The translations under genes and the position numbers were made by a program. A stretch of DNA of 64,000 nt from Methanosarcina sp. (lineage in GTDB: Archaea > Halobacteriota > Methanosarcinia > Methanosarcinales > Methanosarcinaceae), in the NCBI RefSeq assembly GCF_035390745.1, contig NZ_DAOOUJ010000004.1, positions 1,375 to 65,374 of the forward strand, given 5' to 3'. Below, one piece after another: positions 19,934-29,480 of this stretch. The notes under the pieces are model-generated. The model saw nothing but the letters and a program-made list of their open reading frames with translations, was not told where the DNA came from and searched no databases. Within the stretch, counting starts at the first letter, position 1. Each line of letters opens with the position of its first letter.

Positions 19934-20704
19934 ATGTTTTCACAAATTAATCCTCGGTTAATTAGAAACCTTGAAACGCTTGGGCTAACTGAAAATGAAG
20001 CAAAAGCTTATGTGGGGCTTGTCAGTTTGGGAGAGGCTACAGCCAGAGAAATTCATGAACTCACAGATGTGCCAAGAGCCAAAATATATGAGATCCTTAA
20101 AGTACTTGCGAAAAAAGGCTTTCTGGAAGTAAGGCAGGGCACTCCAACTTATTTTCGGGCAGTCGATCCAAAACGTGTAATCGGAAAAATAAAGGAAGAA
20201 TTTCTCAGTTGTGCGCTTGAGGCACTTAACCAGCTTAATGAATTGAGTTATGAGCTTCCTAAAACATCTCCTGTCTGGTGTATTCAGAGTGAGTGGGGAA
20301 TAAAAAATAGAATCCGTGAAATTCTCAACGGGGTGAATGAAGAGCTGATTGTTTTCTCATCAAGTCCCACGTTCTTCGAGGAATTTGAAGCCGAACTGAA
20401 AAAACTGGAAAAAACCTGCCGGTTAATACTTATTGTAACTGAAAGGGAAAAGTTCAAATCTCTGCCTTTTGAGTTTAGAGAGACTACAAAAGAATTCAGT
20501 GAATTCATAAATAATATCGTAGTTGATGGAATTCGGTATGATGAAGAATTCTTTTTGATGGCGGACGGGAAAGAATCAATAGGCGTTCACAATGCAGGAA
20601 ACAAAAGAGAAGCCGTTGTAATTAAATTGCCAGTCGTTTGTTATATGCAGAAAATGATCTATGAAAGGGTGCTTGAGCCGAGTTTCGTTAAAAAGGCTTC
20701 TTAA
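19934..20704 (+). CDS. TrmB-family transcriptional regulator
   Basis: LETLGLTENEAKAYVGL..ATAREIHELTDVPRAKIYEILKVLAKKG; divergent from the RND gene. Confidence 0.9.
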   Translation: MFSQINPRLIRNLETLGLTENEAKAYVGLVSLGEATAREIHELTDVPRAKIYEILKVLAKKGFLEVRQGTPTYFRAVDPKRVIGKIKEEFLSCALEALNQLNELSYELPKTSPVWCIQSEWGIKNRIREILNGVNEELIVFSSSPTFFEEFEAELKKLEKTCRLILIVTEREKFKSLPFEFRETTKEFSEFINNIVVDGIRYDEEFFLMADGKESIGVHNAGNKREAVVIKLPVVCYMQKMIYERVLEPSFVKKAS

Positions 20705-20850
20705 ACATGTCTGAAAACCTTATCACCTCTGCCCTCTGAAGAAGGCAGCGCTTTCAGATACTATTAATATGAGCCAGTATGATTTGAAAATAGAGTTCTC
20801 TAACTGGATTCTTTTCATAAACACAGGGAACAGAGATCACAGGTGATATA

Positions 20851-21510
20851 ATGAACAGTGTAGATATTGAAGGCATCAGGATTCAATGGTTAGGAAACTC
20901 CGGTTTTTTGCTTGAAGGAGAAGGCAAAAAAATCTATATTGATCCATATCAGATCGGTAAAGAGCCGGTTTTCGATGAAAAAGCAGATCTCCTCCTCATT
21001 ACCCACGAGCACTTTGACCACTGCAGCCCTGAAGATATCCGGAAGGTTCGGAAGTCTGATACTACCACCCTCATCCCTGAGAACTGTTCCCTTGAATTCA
21101 GGGGAGATGCCAGGAGGGTTGCGGAAGGTGACATTCTGGCTGACGGGCTTGAGATCAAAGGTGTTCGAATTGAAGTGGTTCCAGCCTATAATCTTGATAA
21201 GCCATATCACCCCAGGGGACTTGGAGTTGGTTATATAATAGAACTTGCAGGGCTGAGAATTTACCATGCAGGAGATTCTGACTTTACTCCTGAGATCGAG
21301 ACTATCATTGCCGATATAGCTCTTCTGCCCATCGGGGGCACATATACAATGGATGAAGAAGAAGCTGCCAGCGCAGCAGCAGCCATATCTCCGGGGGTTG
21401 TCATTCCAATGCACTATGGTTCAGAAGATATTGAAGCTGATCCCGAAAGGTTTAAAGCCCTTGTACACAGCAAGAACCCGGATATTAAAGTGATTATTCT
21501 TGATTCCTGA
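20851..21510 (+). CDS. MBL-fold metallo-hydrolase
   Basis: ITHEHFDHCS, IYHAGDS, IPMHYG motifs. Confidence 0.92.
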   Translation: MNSVDIEGIRIQWLGNSGFLLEGEGKKIYIDPYQIGKEPVFDEKADLLLITHEHFDHCSPEDIRKVRKSDTTTLIPENCSLEFRGDARRVAEGDILADGLEIKGVRIEVVPAYNLDKPYHPRGLGVGYIIELAGLRIYHAGDSDFTPEIETIIADIALLPIGGTYTMDEEEAASAAAAISPGVVIPMHYGSEDIEADPERFKALVHSKNPDIKVIILDS

Positions 21511-21580
21511 TTTTCATTTCTTGATGAATTGAAACAGGATTCCCATCATACTACCATCTAAAAACAAGGATGATTTACCA

Positions 21581-21904
21581 GTGCCTAAAGCAGCCAGGAA
21601 ACAGCAGAAAAACCTTATTCAGAATATAGCCGTCCAGCGTATGTGGAGGCTTTTTGAGCTTGCGAAAGCCGAACTTCCAGAAAACCCTGAGCGCAGCAGG
21701 CATTACGTGCAGCTCATAAGAAACATATCTATGAGAAACAGGATCAGTATTCCAGGAGAAATAAAGCGCAGGATTTGCAAACACTGTTACGCTTTTCTTA
21801 TGCCCGGGCATAATGCCCGCTACAGGCTGAGAGACGGATTCATTGTCATATCCTGCGGGCACTGTGGAAAGGAAATGAGGTATCCTTATAAAAAGTTAAA
21901 ATGA
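21581..21904 (+). CDS. rnp4: Ribonuclease P protein component 4 (Rpp21)
   Basis: IAVQRMWRLFELA; KRRICKHCYAFLMPG...CGHCG Zn ribbon. Confidence 0.93.
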   Translation: MPKAARKQQKNLIQNIAVQRMWRLFELAKAELPENPERSRHYVQLIRNISMRNRISIPGEIKRRICKHCYAFLMPGHNARYRLRDGFIVISCGHCGKEMRYPYKKLK

Positions 21905-21932
21905 AATCTGAGGTTGTTCTATCCTGCCGCGG

Positions 21933-22199
21933 TTAAAACATGGATAAAGCTTCCTTTAAAATCCAGGTAGCTGCGAGGATCACTGCTACAATCCTGAGGT
22001 ACGAGAAAACGTTTCTGTAACCTGTTTTCCAGTCAGATCCCATTTCCATCCCAGAAATTCCGGGACAGTTTTCACATGAAGCAGCTCCACATGCGCATCC
22101 AGGGATTATTTCTTTGTATGTGCTACGGATTTCTTTTTCGGAACTGTCAGAAGTATTTTTATTTATGATAGGCAGCGTCTTTTTGTTGTTTCCGGTCAT
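21933..22199 (-). CDS. Small hypothetical Cys-rich membrane protein
   Basis: GCACGAASCENCPG motif plus C-terminal hydrophobic helix. Confidence 0.6.
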   Translation of the reverse strand: MTGNNKKTLPIINKNTSDSSEKEIRSTYKEIIPGCACGAASCENCPGISGMEMGSDWKTGYRNVFSYLRIVAVILAATWILKEALSMF

Positions 22200-22252
22200 A
22201 TCTTCTGTGGGTTTTGTTTTTGAAATAATATAAAAGTCAGAGAAACTTATGT

Positions 22253-22564
22253 TTACGGTTTTGCAGGTACTTCCTGCCCTCTCATTTTTTTAATTGCTAA
22301 AGCGATCTGTTTTGCAATAACGGACTTTGGGCCCTTATCGTCTACAAGCACTCTCCCGCTAACCTCCCACCACGACTTGGGATATGCTTTCTCAGGCTCC
22401 ACTTCAGGGTTCAGGCCGAGCTGCCTGGCAGCTTCTTTGATTTCATTCAGATGAGGCTCTTTTATGGCATTTTTTCGGGAAATGATCCTCCCGCTGCTTC
22501 TGGATTTTGTCTGGTCGATATATGCCGGCCAGATTACAAGTTTTCCCTTATCTTTCATCATCAT
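22253..22564 (-). CDS. srp19: Signal recognition particle protein Srp19
   Basis: VIWPAYIDQTKSRSSGRIISR and KAYPKSWWEVSGRVLV. Confidence 0.95.
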   Translation of the reverse strand: MMMKDKGKLVIWPAYIDQTKSRSSGRIISRKNAIKEPHLNEIKEAARQLGLNPEVEPEKAYPKSWWEVSGRVLVDDKGPKSVIAKQIALAIKKMRGQEVPAKP

Positions 22565-22737
22565 GTTATCTGCGTCCTAAATTGTTTTCATCAAATTTAA
22601 AACTGCCCGGAAGCTGCTACAATCTCTGACTTTTTTATTGTCCTGAGTTTCTCATTATTAATGAAACTATTCCGTTTTTCAATCTTATAACCTGTAATTA
22701 TTTATCTTTCCCGGATAATTTCTGCACGGTGTGTTTT

Positions 22738-22995
22738 ATGATCCCTTCATTTTCAATTGATGATAAAGTCAGAGCTTACATCAGGAAGACTGGGCAGGAC
22801 TTCAGGCTTTCCACTTCCCAGGATGGACCTGTACTTATTCCTCTCGGAGAAATTTCTCCAAAACCCTCTGATATGAAAATTCTTGTTGGCAGCAATATTC
22901 TTTACGTTTCCAAACTTCAGGCAAAATACATTAAAAAAATTGACTGGCCTATGGTAGAAAGATATTTGAGTTCTTCAGGAGAAACCAGGACCTGA
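22738..22995 (+). CDS. Hypothetical protein (possible Cys-free HesB-like fold)
   Basis: Protein-like 85-aa ORF from ATG 22738; fold call is impression only. Confidence 0.7.
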   Translation: MIPSFSIDDKVRAYIRKTGQDFRLSTSQDGPVLIPLGEISPKPSDMKILVGSNILYVSKLQAKYIKKIDWPMVERYLSSSGETRT

Positions 22996-23178
22996 GCTTC
23001 AGACGACGTTGTTAGAGAGTAGCAATTCAGTTTTGATTTGATTGTCCGTTTTGTTTATTAAGAAGAGAGAGCATAGGGTAAAGACTGACCTGTTACGATC
23101 CTGCAGCTCTTCGCTCTACATACAAAACATGCTACAAGCTGAAAAGAGATCGCTTCAAGTTCAAGGGAGAATTCTTCC

Positions 23179-24042
23179 GTGAAAATGAAAGCAATAAATG
23201 TGTTTATACTCCTTGCCCTGCTGGTGGTCTTCATATCGGGCTGTATTGACCAGAAAAAAGAGATCAATCTGGATGCCGGTAACATCTCTAGCTATGAGTT
23301 TGAGGCTTCTCTGGACGAGTGGGGTAATGAAACTCCGGTAAATACCACCACATACTATGTTCTGGAAAACAAAATCGAAGTACAGGCTGTTCATCTCGTC
23401 ATAAATAGCAGCAAGCTTGAAATTTTCCCTCCCGATACCCTTGGCGGGAGTTCAGATGAGGATCCCATTAAAAACTTCGTACTTCTGGTAGAACCTGCAA
23501 ACGAAACTGCTGCGAGTTCAAAAACCTTTATGAGGCTTTCAAATAGCAGCAACTTTTCGGAAGTGAATTATACTCTCACACAGGATGTTTCCCGGGGCAT
23601 GAAGGTAATAAACCTTGAATTTGAGGAACCTGTTACAGGTTTTATTGCATATACGCTTAAGACCTCTGGAACACAGAGTTTTACCTTTGTGAAGCCTGAC
23701 TCCGAGTTCATCCGTGTAGTTCTCCCTGAGGGCTATGTTACGGGTAACAGGGTTTTTGGCATAGCAAGACCTTCACCTTCTGACACAGGTTTTGATGAAA
23801 AAGGAAGGCAGACTCTTCTGTGGATTTCTTCCGAAATGGGAGAACGTGAGGAAGCTATTCAGGTTAAATATTATATTGAATCTGCGCCTATGTATTTCTT
23901 TGCCGCAATTGTAGCCCTGCTCTTCGGGGTTGTTATTGTGCTTTCACGCTATTCCAGAAGCAGAAAGGAACTGGAAAGCGTCAGGGAAATCTTCGAACTC
24001 GAAAAGGAGTACGAACGGAAAGGGCAGCGGAAAAGGAAATAA
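23179..24042 (+). CDS. Predicted lipoprotein with C-terminal TM anchor (DUF5803-like)
   Basis: Lipobox-type signal LVVFISGC; IRVVLPEGY motif; C-terminal TM and basic tail. Confidence 0.8.
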   Translation: MKMKAINVFILLALLVVFISGCIDQKKEINLDAGNISSYEFEASLDEWGNETPVNTTTYYVLENKIEVQAVHLVINSSKLEIFPPDTLGGSSDEDPIKNFVLLVEPANETAASSKTFMRLSNSSNFSEVNYTLTQDVSRGMKVINLEFEEPVTGFIAYTLKTSGTQSFTFVKPDSEFIRVVLPEGYVTGNRVFGIARPSPSDTGFDEKGRQTLLWISSEMGEREEAIQVKYYIESAPMYFFAAIVALLFGVVIVLSRYSRSRKELESVREIFELEKEYERKGQRKRK

Positions 24043-24150
24043 CTCAAGGGCCAGGAATTTTCCCCACCTCCAACTCTCGTTTTTATACTAAAGAATGTCT
24101 TTTTTTAGACTGAAAGGTAATTATTTATTCAGGATCTGCGTATTATCTAC

Positions 24151-24840
24151 TTGATGAAGGCGTGGGGAAGTATCCGGCATAAATTCTTTTATTTCTTAAG
24201 ATCCGCACCAGAAGGTTTCTCTCCTGTTGTTGGTTCTCTTCTCCTTCTGCTAATTACATTTGTACTTGCCGGGGTGATTATTAGCAGCTTAAATCTCTCC
24301 GGAAGCAGGACAAATCTTCAGCCTCCTGTTGCAAACATAGATCTTGAGTCCTGTGAAGGTGGGCTTTACGGAGTTGGGCCTACGGCTGAGAGGGTCCGGT
24401 GTGAAGAAAACAGGATCATTCTTATGCATGAAGGAGGTGACTCCCTTTCCTTAGACTCTATTTCTATAAGGATTTCCGGGTATGGAAATTCCTACAGGGG
24501 CATTCCAGGTCATGAAGGGAGTAGTTCTCTCAGAGGGGAACTCTCCGTCCTCTACCTGGATTTAAGCTCCATAGGAAAAAATTCCACATGCTATGCTGTT
24601 AACAACAATGCTACTCTCGCAGACGGCTCGTGGGATGTCGGGGAAAGGCTTGTTCTCTGCGGGCAGGATAGTGCGGTAGGGAACGTTAAATCCAGTGTAA
24701 AAGTTAGTGTGGACGGAAACGGGAATACTTCTGATAATTACGGTTTTAAACAGGGCACTGAAATAACTCTGAAAATCATTGACCTTAAAGGCAGAAATGT
24801 TATTGCTGAAAGAAAGGCTACTGTCCAGCTTCCAGATTGA
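24151..24840 (+). CDS. Archaeal type IV pilin N-terminal domain protein
   Basis: Class III signal EG|FSPVVGSLLLLLITFVLAG; ILMHEGGDSL motif. Confidence 0.85.
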   Translation: MMKAWGSIRHKFFYFLRSAPEGFSPVVGSLLLLLITFVLAGVIISSLNLSGSRTNLQPPVANIDLESCEGGLYGVGPTAERVRCEENRIILMHEGGDSLSLDSISIRISGYGNSYRGIPGHEGSSSLRGELSVLYLDLSSIGKNSTCYAVNNNATLADGSWDVGERLVLCGQDSAVGNVKSSVKVSVDGNGNTSDNYGFKQGTEITLKIIDLKGRNVIAERKATVQLPD

Positions 24841-25004
24841 TTAATACAAGCGTGCTGTAGCTTAATGACCCCAAGTAATAAATAATGTAGTCTAACTTTC
24901 TAATCCTCTGTCCAATTGCCCGTACTTTTTTCCAAATATTTCCGCAGCGACTATTTTCTAATTTTTTTTGTAAGATTAGTAATAAATAACTTGAGAACCG
25001 TGTC

Positions 25005-25028
25005 CGTTATGTTCAAATATACATTTCT
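25005..25028. promoter_or_regulatory. Putative ModE box upstream of tupA
   Basis: CGTTATGT-tcaaatat-ACATTTCT; same spacing as the perfect box at 35571. Confidence 0.7.
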
Positions 25029-25056
25029 AACAAAATACTATTTTATGGAGAAGAGT

Positions 25057-26004
25057 ATGAGAAGAGTATTTTTTATTTTGATAATTCTGCTTAGCGTGTT
25101 CCTTGCAATAGGATGCACAGGTACCGAACAGCAACTAAATACTACTACAACGCAACCGAATACCACAGAGACTACGGAACCGGATACTGCCACAACCTCA
25201 CAATCAGACGCGTCAAAACTAATAGTTTCTACTACAACCAGTTTAGAAGATACAGGGCTTTTGGAAGAGATAGAGGCAGCATTTGAAGAAAAATATCCTG
25301 GAGTAGACGTGCTGGTTATATCCGGAGGTACAGGCATAGCCTTACAATACGGTGAAAGAGGAGATGCTGATGTTCTTCTTACTCATGACAAAAGCCGGGA
25401 AGAAGAATTTGTAAGTAATGGATTCGGTACAAACCGTACGGAAATAGCATATAATTATTTCTGGATAGTGGGGCCTGAAAATGATCCCGCAGGAATAGAA
25501 GACCTTAACGCTACAGAGGCATTTAGCAAGATAATGGAAGAGGGTCAAAACAATTCCGATCAGGTTAAATTTGCATCCCGCGGAGACGACTCTGGTACAC
25601 ATGCAAGGGAGAAAAAAATCTGGGAAAGTACTGGTGTAAGTTATGGTGAAGTTAACAGTTCGGGCGAGTGGTACATTGAAAGCGGCAGAGGTATGGGAGA
25701 AACCCTTTTACTTGCCAATGAACAGAATGCTTATACCTTAACTGACTCTGGAACATTCCTTGCATATACTAACGGTGGAAGGATCGAGATTGTACCAATA
25801 GTAACAACGGGCGATGAACTGCTTAATGTTTATGCAGCTATGCCAGTGAATCCAGAAAAACATCCAAATGTTAATTATGAAGGGGCTCAAAACTTCGTAG
25901 ATTTCCTTATTTCTCCTGAAGGGCAGGAAATAATCGGAAACTATGGCAAAGAACAATATGGGCAACCTCTTTTTACTCCTATATCTGAGGGTTTGCCATC
26001 CTGA
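25057..26004 (+). CDS. tupA: Tungstate ABC transporter substrate-binding lipoprotein
   Basis: STTTSLEDTGLL (TTTS signature), FASRGDDSGTH; lipobox LAIGC; ATG 25057 after GGAG. Confidence 0.92.
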   Translation: MRRVFFILIILLSVFLAIGCTGTEQQLNTTTTQPNTTETTEPDTATTSQSDASKLIVSTTTSLEDTGLLEEIEAAFEEKYPGVDVLVISGGTGIALQYGERGDADVLLTHDKSREEEFVSNGFGTNRTEIAYNYFWIVGPENDPAGIEDLNATEAFSKIMEEGQNNSDQVKFASRGDDSGTHAREKKIWESTGVSYGEVNSSGEWYIESGRGMGETLLLANEQNAYTLTDSGTFLAYTNGGRIEIVPIVTTGDELLNVYAAMPVNPEKHPNVNYEGAQNFVDFLISPEGQEIIGNYGKEQYGQPLFTPISEGLPS

Positions 26005-26116
26005 GGATGGATTAAACCCTTAATTATTTTTTAGCCAAAAACTCGAAGAACCTGAAATAAGCGCATAAACTATAAGATCACTAAATTACAAGGTGTATCA
26101 AAGTTCAGGTGGTCGT

Positions 26117-26806
26117 TTGAATGAAATTATCCAGGCAATTTTTCAGGCAATAGAACTAATCATAGAGCTTGATCCCAAATTGATCCAGATAACGAAATTA
26201 AGCCTTTACATTTCGTTAACTGCAACACTCATAGGTTCCTTAATAGCAATTCCCATCGGTGGAATTATCTACTACTATGAATTTTGGGGAAAACGCTCCA
26301 TAATAAATCTCATTCAAACCCTTTACAGCGTTCCTACAGTTCTGGTAGGGCTTTTTCTTTTCCTGCTGATTTCCCAGCAGGGCCCTTTCGGGTTTTTAAA
26401 ACTTCTTTTTACCCCCACCGGAATGATAATAGGGCAGATACTGCTGATACTGCCTCTTCTTATCGGATTTACTATCACTGCTCTTGTCGGGGTCAGCACC
26501 CAGATAAAAGAATTGGCGATATCTCTGGGAGCCAGCACTTATCAAACCATAATCACCATCATAAAGGAAGCTCGTTATGCTATAATGGGCACTGTTATAC
26601 TTGGTTTTGGAAGGGCCATCTCAGAAGTGGGAGTTGCTATACTTATTGGGGGCAATATCAGAGGTTTTACAAGAACATTTACAACTGCCATATCCCTTGA
26701 AACTTCCAGAGGTAATCTGGTACTTTCAATAGCATTAGGATTTATACTTCTTTCTCTTTCTCTAATTATCAATTTACTATTGAATTATCTGCAGGGTAAA
26801 GATTAA
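26117..26806 (+). CDS. tupB: Tungstate ABC transporter permease
   Basis: FGRAISEVGVAILIGGNIRGFTRTFTTAISLE; TTG start after GGTG. Confidence 0.92.
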   Translation: MNEIIQAIFQAIELIIELDPKLIQITKLSLYISLTATLIGSLIAIPIGGIIYYYEFWGKRSIINLIQTLYSVPTVLVGLFLFLLISQQGPFGFLKLLFTPTGMIIGQILLILPLLIGFTITALVGVSTQIKELAISLGASTYQTIITIIKEARYAIMGTVILGFGRAISEVGVAILIGGNIRGFTRTFTTAISLETSRGNLVLSIALGFILLSLSLIINLLLNYLQGKD

Positions 26807-26868
26807 TTGTATCCTCTTCAAATTGAGTGGAAAGCTTTCTTCAATAAAAAGTTAGCTCAGGTTTAACG

Positions 26869-27930
26869 ATGCACATAGTAGAATTGGAAGAAATTTACAA
26901 AAATTATGGAAATCTCCAGGTTCTAAAGAATATTAACCTGCAAATAGAAAAGGGAACCAGCACTGCTCTTGCTGGACCGACCGGCTCTGGAAAAACTGTT
27001 ATGCTCAGATTAATTGATTTACTGGAAAAGCCGTCCTCCGGAACTGTATATTTTGAAGGTGCCGATGCTAATGAATCCAGTAAAACCCGGCTGAATATAA
27101 GAAGGCAAATTGGAATGGTTTTCCAGAAGCCTCTTGCTTTTAAAGCAAGCGTTTATGACAATATTGCCTATGGTTTGAAAGTGAGGGGAATAAAAGAGAA
27201 TATGGACGGGAGGATTAAAGAACTCCTTGAGCTGATTGGACTTCCAGGTTACGAGAATAGAAATGCTCTTAAATTATCTGGGGGGGAAACTCAAAGGCTT
27301 GCACTTGCACGGGCAATGATTACGGATCCTGAGCTGCTATTGCTGGATGAACCAACTGCAAATCTTGATCCTATCTCTAAAAAGAAACTGGAAGAACTGA
27401 TCCTGAAAATTAATCGCGAATCCGAGACAACCGTGATAATGACCACTCATGACCTTTTACAGGGCCAGAAGCTTGCAGACAGGATGGTTTTACTTTATAA
27501 TGGCCAGATCCTGCAGTCCGGAACGCCTGATCAGATATTTAGAAAACCGAAAAACAGATTTGTGGCTGATTTTGTTGGCATTGAAAATATAATGAGCGGC
27601 AGTATTGAGAGCAGTTCAAACGGTTTAGCAAAGATAAAAACAGGTTCCATAACTGTATTTGCCGTAACGGAAAAAGAAGGTGAAGTTCATTTTTCTATCA
27701 GGCCTGATGAAATAACAATATCCAGGGAAAAGGTACAGACCAGTGCCAGAAATACAATTCAGGGTAAAGTTAATGAAATAATCGACACCGGATCACTAAT
27801 AAAGCTGTTAGTGGACACCGGTGAATTGTTCACCGTTTTTATAACTCGCGAGTCCCTTAATGAACTCAATATTTCTATCGGAACCAGTATCTGGTTATAT
27901 TTTAAAGCGTCTGCTGTTCATGTATTTTAA
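26869..27930 (+). CDS. tupC: Tungstate ABC transporter ATPase with C-terminal TOBE domains
   Basis: GPTGSGKT, LSGGETQR, LLLLDEPT; TSARNTIQGKV TOBE. Confidence 0.9.
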   Translation: MHIVELEEIYKNYGNLQVLKNINLQIEKGTSTALAGPTGSGKTVMLRLIDLLEKPSSGTVYFEGADANESSKTRLNIRRQIGMVFQKPLAFKASVYDNIAYGLKVRGIKENMDGRIKELLELIGLPGYENRNALKLSGGETQRLALARAMITDPELLLLDEPTANLDPISKKKLEELILKINRESETTVIMTTHDLLQGQKLADRMVLLYNGQILQSGTPDQIFRKPKNRFVADFVGIENIMSGSIESSSNGLAKIKTGSITVFAVTEKEGEVHFSIRPDEITISREKVQTSARNTIQGKVNEIIDTGSLIKLLVDTGELFTVFITRESLNELNISIGTSIWLYFKASAVHVF

Positions 27931-28014
27931 ATCATAATTGATTGACTTGATTTTCAGGATAATTTGTATTTGCTTAACTGCCTGTTAAGATCCTGGAAAA
28001 TCTCTCCAGCGATC

Positions 28015-28776
28015 TTAATTTTCTCCGCAGATCAAATGGTAATTGTAGTTATAGGCTATCCGTTTCCTGAACGGCATTTTCTTTTTCTGAAGTTCCATAA
28101 TATCTTTCAGGTCCAGGTCTTTGATATTTTTGAATCCTGCAGCCCTGAAGTATTCAAGCATTTTTTCTGGGGGGACTCCATGCCTGTTGGGAAGTTCGCT
28201 ATCGATCTCTCTGGAATAATGGCCTTTTCTGGGGTTCCTTCTTTCAACAAGCAGAGTGAAGAAATCACTTACAAGCCTTCTTATTTTTGTTTCGAATGAA
28301 CCGTCATTCCAGACCCCGTCAACAACAATAAGCTTTCCTCCTTTCCTGAGCACCTTTTTCCAGTTCATGACCGCAGTATCGGGATGCGGGAGAGTCCAGA
28401 GGAGGTGGCGGTTAACAACTATATCAAATGACCTTGCCTCAAAAGGAGGAGCTTCAGCGTCTCCTTTTTTGAAAACACTGTTAAATCCTCTTCTGGAAGC
28501 TTTTTCCCTGGCTTTTGCAAGCATTTTTTCCGAAAGGTCAAGGCCTGTGACATGGTGTCCCATTTCAGCAAATAACAGCCCTATTTCGCATGTCCCGCAG
28601 CCCACGTCAAGCACTTTCAGCCTGCCCGGAGGGAGAAGATTTTTAAATACATTTTTCCAGGCTTCTCTTTCAGCTTCACTCTGAATCCCGTGCCCCTCAT
28701 GGCTGTCATAGGTTTCGGACGAGATATCCCATATGCGGGCAATAGTCTGTTTGATCTGGTTTTCCTGAATGGTCAT
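28015..28776 (-). CDS. Class I SAM-dependent methyltransferase
   Basis: VLDVGCGT, GDAEAPPF, RHLLWTLPHP. Confidence 0.93.
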   Translation of the reverse strand: MTIQENQIKQTIARIWDISSETYDSHEGHGIQSEAEREAWKNVFKNLLPPGRLKVLDVGCGTCEIGLLFAEMGHHVTGLDLSEKMLAKAREKASRRGFNSVFKKGDAEAPPFEARSFDIVVNRHLLWTLPHPDTAVMNWKKVLRKGGKLIVVDGVWNDGSFETKIRRLVSDFFTLLVERRNPRKGHYSREIDSELPNRHGVPPEKMLEYFRAAGFKNIKDLDLKDIMELQKKKMPFRKRIAYNYNYHLICGEN

Positions 28777-29480
28777 ATTTTTATTCCTCTGTTTATGTTT
28801 TCAATTGAGGTAATGGTCCCGTTTTCGAGGTAGGCGATCCTGTGGCAGACTTTCCTTAACACCTCAAGGTCATGGGATATCAGCAGGTAAGAAACGCCTG
28901 TTTCCCTCTGTAATTTCTGCATAAGGCGCAGGATCTGTGCCTGTACTGAAACATCAAGCATGGAAGTTGGCTCGTCAGCGACTATAAAATCCGGAGATAA
29001 AGCCATGATTCTTGCGAGCACTATCCTCTGGATCTCGCCTCCGCTGAGCTGGCCGGGATAGCGGGAAAGGTGTTCCGGGAGCAGGCCTGTAAGTTCTGCC
29101 AGTTCCTCTCCTCTCATCATGAGGTCATCGTGTTCAAGCCCGGAATGAAGTTTCAAAGGTTCGATAAGGTTTTCAAAGGCTTTCATGCGGGGGTCAAGGG
29201 AAGTCTCAGGGTGCTGAAAAATCATCTGGATTTTAGGGCGAAGTTTCCGAAACTCTTTTTTTCCCATGCTCAGGATATCCGCCCCCCTGACCAGGATTTC
29301 TCCTCCTGTTGGTCTTTCAAGCCCTACAATACATCTACCAATAGTGGTTTTTCCCGACCCACTTTTTCCGAAAAGCCCCAGGGTCTCTCCGCGGTCTACT
29401 GAGAAGCTGACGTTTCTGAACACCTCTGTAGTTCCGAACCTCATTGCCAGTCCGTTTACCACAAGGACCGGAAGTGGCAC
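28773..29480 (-). CDS. Peptide/nickel ABC transporter ATPase (DppF-like)
   Basis: GKSGSGKT, IQMIFQHPETSLDP, LSGGEIQR, ADEPTSMLD. Confidence 0.93.
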   Translation of the reverse strand: MPLPVLVVNGLAMRFGTTEVFRNVSFSVDRGETLGLFGKSGSGKTTIGRCIVGLERPTGGEILVRGADILSMGKKEFRKLRPKIQMIFQHPETSLDPRMKAFENLIEPLKLHSGLEHDDLMMRGEELAELTGLLPEHLSRYPGQLSGGEIQRIVLARIMALSPDFIVADEPTSMLDVSVQAQILRLMQKLQRETGVSYLLISHDLEVLRKVCHRIAYLENGTITSIENINRGIKI

